Assembly (NCBI GenBank): GCA_001655205.1
Contig: LPNZ01003103.1
Span: 1 to 32,994, forward strand
DNA length: 32,994 nt
Direction: 5' to 3'
DNA from: Lenisia limosa
Lineage: Eukaryota; Protista; Breviatea
Both the position numbers and the translations under genes were made by a program. This document shows positions 1-9,700 of the stretch, piece after piece. Under the pieces are notes generated by a model. That model saw nothing but the letters and a program-made list of their open reading frames with translations. It searched no databases and was not told where the DNA came from. Positions within the stretch are counted from its first letter, which is position 1, and each line of letters begins with the position of its first letter.

Positions 1-1609
1 GGGGGGGGGGGGAGCCCAATCAATATTCGTAAAAATCTGCTCAGGAGGCAATAAATAAACAGACCAATTATGGCATCATAGCTAGACGACCCCCCTACCA
101 AACAGCGGATAATCCAAACGTTGGGGTCGGACCCGGTAGGCTGCTGGGTGTGTTGGTCAACCTGCGCGGTGAGATCGAATTGTTCTTCTTTGATTGGTAA
201 CGGAGAACAAAGAATAGCGTTGGGATCAACAAGAATGCAAGAGGAAAGGATACTCTTTTTACCTAATAGCACCAAAATACTATTTGCATAATGACACACA
301 TAGTGTCACTAAATACTTGGGTATAATCACCGACCTTTCAAGAAAAAACCTTAAATTTTCCCCCTTTCCCAAGCCGCATACTTGTCTGGCGTTGTAGACA
401 CCATCCTCAAACTCGCCAGCTTCTACAAATGTCAAAACAAGAAAATAAAGCAAGCTTCTACAAATGTAAGAACTCAAGCACTGAAGCACAATGAGCACCC
501 CAGATCCCAGAGGAAAGAGCAATCAGTTTTACTGCAAAAATTGAGGAAGAGAGAAAGAACAAAAGAACAAACTTGATTGATAAAAGATAAAAGTTATGAT
601 GCAAGAATAGTTGAAACTGGGCGGGTGGGAGTTCACAAAAGCAGAAAACTGTTTTGTACTTGAGAAGATAAAAATGATACACTGATAACTCCCATATTCA
701 TGAGAGAGACAACAAGAAGACAACTTCCTCCCAAAAAAAATCTAGAAGACTGACATTATGAGAAAAGTGAACGACAATACAATGCGGGACTTTGTTATGA
801 TTGTGTCAATCTGCTTTCAACAAGGTCATTTGAAGATGAAGCAATTTCAAAAAAGTACTTCCAAAAGAAACAATAGAAACGGGCTATACAGAGCAAAACA
901 AAACAGTTGAAAAGATGTAGCGTTGTCAGAAATCTGGGATACCATCAGTGTATCATCCCCACCGTCTCTGATACGCTCTCTCTCTTCAATAAGACGCACT
1001 TGCTCTTCCATCTGCTCCTCATTCTCAGCCTGTGTGAGGAAATCCTCTCTAAAGATCTGTAAGAGAGAGGACGAGTAAGGAGTCTGCCTGTCCAGAACTC
1101 TTCACTAATCAACCAAAACGTTATTATCATGATGAAAATACGACTGAATAGCAGCGGCAGACCTGTGTCGCTCTTTATGCTCATATTGTTGCTTCGCTAA
1201 CTCCGCTTCCTCCTTCTCAGAAGCAAGGAAATTGTCTAAAAAGGTTAAAATAAGGCAAATCAGCTGACAAAGCCTCACCTTTCAAATCATTCTCAATGTC
1301 TAAGTCGTCGTCTTCTTCTGAGCCTTCCACATCGGCTTCGATATCCAAAAATCTAGAGCCTGATGATTCCTTCTTTGACTTCTTTCTACTGTCGTCCCTG
1401 CTTGCCCTCGCTCTCTTGCCAGTCACCACATTCGTGTCGCTCAGATCAGACTCAGAGTCATCAACCTCAGCTTCAGAAACATCAATGTCTGATTCATCCT
1501 CTGATTCATCCTCAGGTACCGTTGCTAAAGAGTGAGGACGCAAGATTGACCAACAAGTTTCGGGGATCACAATGTCTTCATCGCTCTCATTATCGCTAAT
1601 TACCGGCAT
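1..1609 (-). CDS. SPT5: Transcription elongation factor Spt5, 5' part (multi-exon; continues beyond left edge)
   Basis: Acidic N-terminus with RFLDIEADVEGSEEDDD (1217..1609 ORF), matching the Spt5 N-terminal 'RFLDIEAEV' motif. Later exons give DNFLASEKEEAELAKQQYEHKERH, EDFLTQAENEEQMEEQVRLIEERERIRD, EAGEFEDGVYNARQ. Exon 161..99 gives VDQHTQQPTGSDPNVWIIRCL, the start of the NGN domain (family pattern QQxLLPxxxDPxLWxVxC). Exact start codon and first intron are uncertain. Confidence 0.9.
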
Positions 1610-1896
1610 GATGTCCCAATAACACGAAGTTAAGCCTGTCTAATTGGGTTCCAATAAAGAAAGGCCACCCAAACGCGCAAAAACGACAAAAAGCTAAACG
1701 ATTGCGTGTACGTGGCGCAAGGTATTTAGGATTTGAATATCTTGTTGGGATCTTGGGATCACGCCTGTTTCTCGATTATTATAAGAATCCCTGGTTAATC
1801 CATCCATCATCGTAATTTGAACAAAATCATCATACACAATAATAAATACTGAATAAATAGGTGGAGGTGCTGACAGATAATTCGGAAACATATCTC
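1610..1896. promoter_or_regulatory. Probable bidirectional promoter SPT5/ALG14
   Basis: About 290 bp between head-to-head start codons. No specific motif is supported. Confidence 0.55.
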
Positions 1897-3641
1897 ATGA
1901 TGTTCAGTGTAGTTGTTATATTTTTGGGGCTATTGTTGGCAATTATCGTTTCAAGATGGGTGATATGGTCTCTATCACCACCCACAAAAAGGACAAGATG
2001 TCGGACAATGATTGTGCTTGGCTCAGGTGAGAAGGTTACTCTTTCCGTTTTCGTGAACTATTGCATGAAGATGAAGTTAACAATTATGTGTTGAAGAACA
2101 ATCCTCATTGACAATAATCTTATCTTATTCTTTTCACGGTTACCTTAGGAGGACATACAGCCGAGATGATAAAACTGCTTGAGGGGTAAGAGGGATCTTT
2201 GTTGTTTTCTTCAGCCTACTTGATATTTGTTTTTGATATCTCGCTTCCCTTACCCCCCCACACACAGTTTACCCCTCTTCAAGTTCAGCCCAAGAACCTA
2301 TGTATCAGCGTCGTCAGACTCCCATTCTCAAAACAAGGCCAGCACATTTGAATTAGTGGGGGGGGGTGAAAATGGCTAATACCCAAAGACAAAGAAATTT
2401 ATAGAGATTTGCTGATCGGGTTACCCCCCCCCCCTCATTACGCTGGATTGATGGTATGCGGTGTTGCAGAAATCACTGACCTAGGCTTTGTTTGTTTTGT
2501 TGTTTTTAAGTGTGTCGTTAATTCTGGTTTTTTCTGTTTCATTCCTCTAAAATCCTGAAATACAATGAAAACCAACTTTGGATTTCTGTCCTGTACTATG
2601 CCCTAGTTTTGTTCGCGCATGTTTAAAACAGCATACCTTCGTTTGATCGATAACAGCGTAGAATCATGGAAGCATAGAAGATGTCAGTTTTGTGACTATT
2701 CCACGAGCCCGAGAAGTGGGTCAGTCATACGTCTCTTCCGTGTTCACTACGCTGAGAGCCTCGTGGACCGCCTTTGCGTGAGTGATTCATGTCTTTTTGG
2801 ACAACCGTTTTCTTTTTTTTTTCTCGTTGTTGTTGGAGAATTTGGCAAAAAAAAATTGGATTTTGGTATTTGGGACGTGGGGCCCAGATCCACGCCCACT
2901 TTTCCGCCCGTCCCAAATCCCACAAATTCCGTGATATAGACAATCCATGATTCTCGTCCTATTTTTCAGATAATAAAATTGTCCCTTTAAAAAACATTTC
3001 CAACGGAAACTCCCTGGGTCTTTTAGGGTGCATTGTTTGGATGGGGAACGATTCTCTTCATGTTAACACTCCAGGGTTGTTGGACAGGAGCTGCCAGATT
3101 TGGTAGGGAGGCAAGCTATATGTCCTTTTGTGTGTTCTTTCCTGATCAAGGAAGCCTTACCCCCTAAATTGACCATCAAGATACTGACGAATGGCCCGGG
3201 CACGGCTGTGCCTTTGGTTATGGCGGCCTTCATTTTCAAGGTATGAGGGCTATTCGGCTTCACTGTATCGGAATTTTACGACAATTCCATTTTTAGCGGT
3301 TGTCTTTTTTGACCGTTTATCAGATTATAATGTGGTTACACAAAACACTGGTCATATTGTCAGATCTCATTTGTAACACTGCTCATGTCCTCAGATTTTG
3401 GGTATAAAGCCGATCCGGCTTGTCTATGTGGAGAGCATTTGCAGGGTGTCGTCGTTGAGTTTCACAGCGAAGGTCGGTGTCGGACTTAAACGACTGTCTC
3501 GGGTCCCCTTACTGATGTAGATTATTCGGCCATTCATTGACTTGTTAGCGGTGCAGTGGGATGATTTAAGGTACGAGGTTGAGCACTCATTTATTCTTCA
3601 GTCACAAAAGAGGAGTTGAGTATCTTGGAAGGCTGTCATAG
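1897..3641 (+). CDS. ALG14: UDP-N-acetylglucosamine transferase subunit Alg14 (multi-exon)
   Basis: N-terminal hydrophobic anchor, then the spliced motifs TMIVLGSG|GHTAEMIKLL, FSPRTYV, VTIPRAREVGQS, ILTNGPGTAVP, VYVESICRVSSLSFTAK, IIRPFIDLLAVQW and the C-terminal VEYLGRLS* (TAG 3639-3641). All are hallmark Alg14 motifs. Confidence 0.95.
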
Positions 3642-3780
3642 CCCTCAAGTCGGTATTATTGTGTGTAAGTATCAACCAAGTATGTTGATCGAAACATCTA
3701 AAATACATTAAACTTCACATATTATTACCATTGGGTCTAATATAGTGTACAGCAAATAACTAGGAAAACAAGAAACAAAA

Positions 3781-6700
3781 CTACCAAGCGCGGGTGGCCC
3801 TATACGGCGGCGGCTTGAGGTCACGGGACGGGGGGAAGGCACTTGGGGGGAGGGCCGGACGCTTGTGGGGCGTGGCCCCGGTGCGGAGTGAGGACATTGA
3901 AAGGGGGCGTTCTAGGGTGGAGCCTCCAACTGCAATGCAGCCTTGAACATAAAAGTGGAAGGTGAACAATGTGAAACAAGGAAGAAACGAAAGAGGCAAA
4001 TGTGAAAAGAAGAAATGAAAGCAAACCGGAAGCAACAGCTGAATCTCTTGCTATGGATCTTTGCAGCGTTGGGCGCGGGGCAAGGCTTGAGAAGGGGTCA
4101 AGGGGTCGCGGTGATGGCTCGCGAACTGGACGTTGTCGGGTGTCGGCAGTCATACGGAGGGTTGTAATGGCATCCTGTGGGTAGTGTTAGCTTGACCCAA
4201 ACTGGTGGTTCATGTTAGTTTCGGTACCTTGAATTCGGATGTCAGCTTGTCGGTCTGGTTTCGCGCCTCCTGGGCTTCGGAACGCCAATAGTGGGCCTAT
4301 CATGGGGGGGAGAGGAGTTAAAAAGACTCGTGAAACGCAATAAATCGTATTCAATTCTGTTGGATCTACATTTGAACATGAGAGAGGTTTGAAAACAAAC
4401 AAAGCCAATTGGCATGGTCGAAGAGTTGAATAAGAGTAGAGGTGAAAAATACGAACCTCATTTTCGAGATTCTGGCGAGACGGTGACACTGATGCAGCAA
4501 GGGACGACCTTCTATAGGGATCAAAGGAGGCTGTGTGTTTGGGTTAGTAATAGAAATAGTCAGAATCCTCCAAATAACGGTATTATCTGTAATATTAAGG
4601 CCATTTTATTTTATAACGAGAGTCGTAGGCATGCCATACCGGTGCCTTGATACTGGGGGGCCCGAGGGCGGAAGCGGCGCCATCAATCGATCCACTACAG
4701 TCTCCTGGAGGGGTAAGTCACGTGGATGTGGTTGTAAGGAATAACCGAGCCTACAGCTTCTTGAAGCCTGTCAGCCGCCTCGTGAAGAGCTGTGGGGTGA
4801 GATAACAGAAGGATATCCGTCTTGAGACTCTTGTGGAAGTCGATGACTTTCAGAAGAAAAAACGTGTCTGTCTGCCTACTTTCCTCGGTCATTTCAGCCT
4901 CCTTGGTTCTCAGGGCAACGAAGTCATTTTGCAGCTGCTCAATTTCCGCTTGGAGCGCCTGAAGGTGAGTTAGGAACCTGGCGTATCCCACCTCTACAGA
5001 TTGTTCGGCAACACCCAGCTGTAGGTCCTTCACCTTCAGCTCGGACGCCAGGGACTGGTTCAACATTGCTTCCTCGTGCAAACTGCCGGTTAGAAGGTGG
5101 TAACAAAATTGCCTAAAAATCATTCCAAACTATTCTGTCCAGGTCGTCAGAGGCAGAAAAAGAATATACTTTACCATGATAAAATGTGAGCTATTGTGTC
5201 AAACCCCATACTGGGCGTTGAGTTCTCTGACGTCAGCCTGCAGGTTGGCAAGAGCGTCTTCTTGGTCCTGGGTTGTGATAACAGCCAAACTTATCACGCC
5301 TCACCTTGACTACGTTTTTGAGGCGCGCTACAGCCACTTCAGCTTCCTCTGAGATTCGGGCCGCCTGGAGGGGAGGGGGGGGGGNNNNNNNNNNNNNNNN
5401 NNNNNNNNNNNNNNNNNNNNNNNNNNNNNNNNNNNNNNNNNNNNNNNNNNNNNNNNNNNNNNNNNNNNNNNNNNNNNNNNNNNNNNNNNNNNNNNNNNNN
5501 NNNNNNNNNNNNNNNNNNNNNNNNNNNNNNNNNNNNNNNNNNNNNNNNNNNNNNNNNNNNNNNNNNNNNNNGTCCGCAAATCCAATATTATATGTAAAAC
5601 GAAATATCGGGGTGGGTGGCTGAAGAACTATCAGGAGGGCCCACCCCTCTGTTCCTACAAATGGATGTCTCAGAACTCTATGATAGCGAACCCCTACGCA
5701 CCTGTACCCTCTGGACGGCGTGGTCCAAATCAGCCTCCAAAGTCGTTCTCGCGTCCTCACCATCCTTCAACGCAAGTTCCAACTGCATGATCTATGGAGT
5801 GACGGGACTTTCTCTGGTACGAAAAGCTTGCAAATGTCCAGAATTATCACAAACGATGGAAAATCTGTCTTTTATTTGGAAACTCCACCTCCCACTTTGC
5901 GCAAAGCCTCATCTCTATCAGCCCTCAACGCAGTGGCCTCCCTGAAAGCCTGGCGACTGGCCTGGCGCTCATCAAAACTACAGAGTTAGAGTTTTTTGAA
6001 CAGGAGAAATATTATGCCTTAGAAATCAGGGAAATAAATAAATACATGGGGGGTGAGATGTTGATAGGGCCAGGGGGGGGGGGGGCNNNNNNNNNNNNNN
6101 NNNNNNNNNNNNNNNNNNNNNNNNNNNNNNNNNNNNNNNNNNNNNNNNNNNNNNNNNNNNNNNNNNNNNNNNNNNNNNNNNNNNNNNNNNNNNGATAGTT
6201 ATACATATGATATATCATCTAAAGATATGTAATATTGGTGCATATCATCTGTTGACCCCAAATATTAGTTCCAACGAGCCGCCAACCGGGCCGTGGTCGC
6301 ATCATGAGAGAAGGCGCGGGCCTCCTTGAGTTGCGCCCGGGCCTCATCAAGGTCACGTGATAGACTGTCGCTTCGACGCTCGGCAAGTCGTTGTTTCTGA
6401 TTGTCAATAAAGCTCTTTTGCTGAAGTTCACAAAAACTAGAATGCAAGTGACTATGGAGCAAACAGCCCCCTCAATAACGCAGCAAACCCTGATTGAAGC
6501 GTCGCGGTCGGAGTATGCCACTTCCTGCGCCTCAAGCGCGGCCGACAGTCGTTTGGAGAGCTCCAACTCCCATGCGCTTTCACCAGGTGCCGTCGGGTCC
6601 ATAATAGCGGTGGTAGTAAGGGGGACCTAGGTTATTAACAACAAATTCGACCTGAGCACGATCACATCAGCTGTACCCGGATAGCTCACCGAATTCAAAG

Positions 6701-9700
6701 CCTCTCGCGCGCGTTGCGCTGACGCCTCTGCTCTCCTCACATCTTCCTGTCCATGTAGCAGCTGAAGCTTCAACTGGGCCACTTGAGTCTCAGCCTCCTC
6801 AGCTCTCCGCACGGCAGCCAAGCAGTCAGCCTTCGCCCCTGCTGTTTGTCCATTGGCTCGGTTGAGGTCCTCAGTGGCCTGGTCAAGCTCGCGGAAGGTC
6901 TCGTCAAGTCCGTCGGCAATACGGAGGAATGACGTGGCACTGCGGTTAATGGACACCGGAGACGCCCGGGGCGACTGGATGGGGGATACATGCGGAGAGG
7001 ACGGAGCGGAATTAGATGGGACGTGATCCTGAAGCTGAGGGGTTACATGAGGTAGACTACAACAAAGCATAAAAATAAGCTCTCTGCACACTATTCTGGT
7101 ATTATATGGGCAAAATAATAATTATTATATTTTATTTGTATATATAGTATTTATGTACTATGTATATAATATAGCTACTATGTATGGATAGGTTACAAAA
7201 TGTGAATAGTAATGAGTATACAAATAGAAGATTCTTTAATCTTTCAAGGTTTTTCATTCAAAAACTAGAGGCATATCAGACCCGTCATTACACACCCTGG
7301 TCACCTCAGCCTCAAGAATTTGAATGTGTTTCGCCATTTCGGCCTTGGCCTGCTGGATCTCATCCTGTGCGGTAACAGCCAGTTATAGTGTGGAAAGACT
7401 GTTGTCATCCCCCCTCACCCTTTCAGCAGTCAAGGCCTCCACCTTCTTGTTCGTATCGATTAGGTCGCCTTCAAGACTCTCAATTTGCAGTTCGAGATCA
7501 TCAAGTGACTAAAGTGTGATAATGCCTGACAACAGAGGGTTTATGACCTGGACAATGCTGATAGAATTCAAAAAAAGGCTTACTTGTTGAATGACAACAG
7601 TTGAGGAGTTCAATTGGGCCTTGTCCTGAGCTTGGGTGGCAAACTTGCCGGACATAGACTCAAGCTGGGTAGTGAGGCAAGGTGAAGTGGAGGTATGATG
7701 CTATATATACTATACACATGTCAAGTTTGACGCATGATATGGATGGAGATGGTGAAGGCAGAGTCCACAAACCTGGCTGACAAGCTCCCTTTTCTCCTTG
7801 CTGACGGCGGTGTTGCGCTTTGACAGCTCACTTGCCCATCGGTCAGCCCTGTCAAGCTTGTCATTGAGACTCTGAACTTCGCCTTGAAGTGCATCAATCT
7901 CTTTTGTTGAAACGCGGTTTCGTTTTCTCTCTGATTCAGTCTAAATGGTCAAAGGGGCTTCAGAGCTGGGATAAATAGATAGCTCCAAATGCACGGCTCA
8001 CCAAATCGGTCTGTTCAGCGATTTTTTGTGATGAAAGTCGGTATTTTTCCTCTGCAGCAGACAAATCGGCTTCCAAACTAACGACACGACGAGAAAGAGC
8101 CCTACAAGTGACATTAGCTCAGACTCATGGGTACCCACTGTAGCTGTTCCGATGGTTCACCAGCAGTAGAGAGGTTCAACACCGTGGACGCTCCATTCTT
8201 GAGCTGGTTTGTAAGAGAGCGGCAGTGGCTTACACTGTCAATTTCTTCACGAAGGTCCCGCACGAGTTCTCCCAGACACTCCAGGTCGGCTTCCGACTCC
8301 TCCCGTGTGGCCTAGTTGATGAGAAGAGCAAGGGGTGCAGATCGACAATACAAACAATCCTTAAATGAAATCAGAGTTAATTTTCCCTATGTCCGAACAG
8401 AGCTTGAGGCCTAGAAGAAGCAGTACCTGGTGGGCAGTACGCTCGGCAGCCAGGAGAGCCTCCAAACGTTCCACTGCCGCAATGTCTCCGACGGTGGCCT
8501 CAAAACCTGTTTGTTAGAATGCCCGCTTGTTGGTATACACGGTTTGCTAGAATGCCCTAAGGGGTGCCTACCAGTCGTGGTTTCAAGACCATTGGCGGGC
8601 TCAGGGCGGGCTAAAGGGAAAAGTTGGTATCAAAAAACAAAACTAAGAAAGGTCCAAAAAAACTGAATTGTATTGATAACCACACAATTGCAGGATATAA
8701 GGTCTGACTCACCACCCACGGATGTACTGAGGCGGACCCTCTGACGGTTCTTCTGGGCACGCACTCGGCAATACGGCCCCGTGCGCAGTACCAAGACGAA
8801 TATCAGGCCCAGCCTGGTCATCCAGCCCTTCTTGCTTCTTGAATGCCGGGACAGTCGGGCCAACTGACTTCCCGGACCGCATCTCGTCAAGCTGCGTCTG
8901 GAGGGCTTCAGCCTTGTAACGATACCTTTGCGTTTCAACGCGAGCCTCGTCCAAGTCACGTGTCAGAGCCCGCCTTGTGTCAGTCCATTGCGTCTCTTTG
9001 TCACTGAAGAAGGCCGCCCTTGACGTCGCTGCCTCCTTCATTCGGTTGATGGTTTGGTCCATTCCTGCCTTCAGCTCGGCTCTGTCCTCGACGCCCGCCT
9101 GAACAACCTTCTGCGTGCGATCCAGTTCACTTCGAAGTTCCACTTCCAACAGTTCCGAGGCACGGATTTGGGCCTCTAAATGGCGAATACGCCCACGAAG
9201 CTCAACCAAGGCCGAGTCATCAACAGCAAGGTTCGGCGGCGAGGCGGCTTGAGCAGACAACGACGTCACCTTGGCTCGGAGAACGTCCCCTTCCGCCACC
9301 GCAGATTTAACCCTCCGCTGCTGCTCCTTCAACTCGGCCACGAGCTGGCCAACTTCGGCTGCCTGGGCATCAAAGCGGATCACGTGCTGCTGGACCTCGC
9401 TTTTAAGTCGCGCAATGGTGTGTTGCGCAGAACGGAGCTCGACACGCGCATTGTTTGCGTCCGCTTCGAAGACCTGAGAGTCGAGCATGGCCGGGTGTGT
9501 GGTGTTGCGAATAATGGGCTGGAGTGTGACATCGGGAGCGAAGGACTGCGAAAGGCGTTGTGCGTGACGTAAGTCTTCAACGTGCTGCCGATCCTTCTGA
9601 AATGTGTGAGACAGGACGAAAGAGATATGAGATAATATTAAGGCATACCTGGAGATGAGCCCGCTGTAACTTCGCCATTGCGTCATCAGCAGCCTCAATT

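Noticed and set aside
945-1609. Claspin/Mrc1 as the identity of the acidic leftmost gene
   Set aside because: The downstream exon QQPTGSDPNVWIIRC matches the Spt5 NGN start, so SPT5 explains it better.
1674-1720. E2F/MCB-like CGCG motifs in the SPT5/ALG14 promoter
   Set aside because: Imperfect matches to very short motifs, expected by chance.
4809-4816. ATATCCTT on the minus strand as an AT-AC U12 donor
   Set aside because: It lies ~25 nt from the 3' end of an ordinary GT-AG intron; the implied intron would be implausibly short.
5233-5763. Long ORFs spanning N-runs (also 24083-24537 and 27787-28323)
   Set aside because: Length is an artefact of Ns lacking stop codons.
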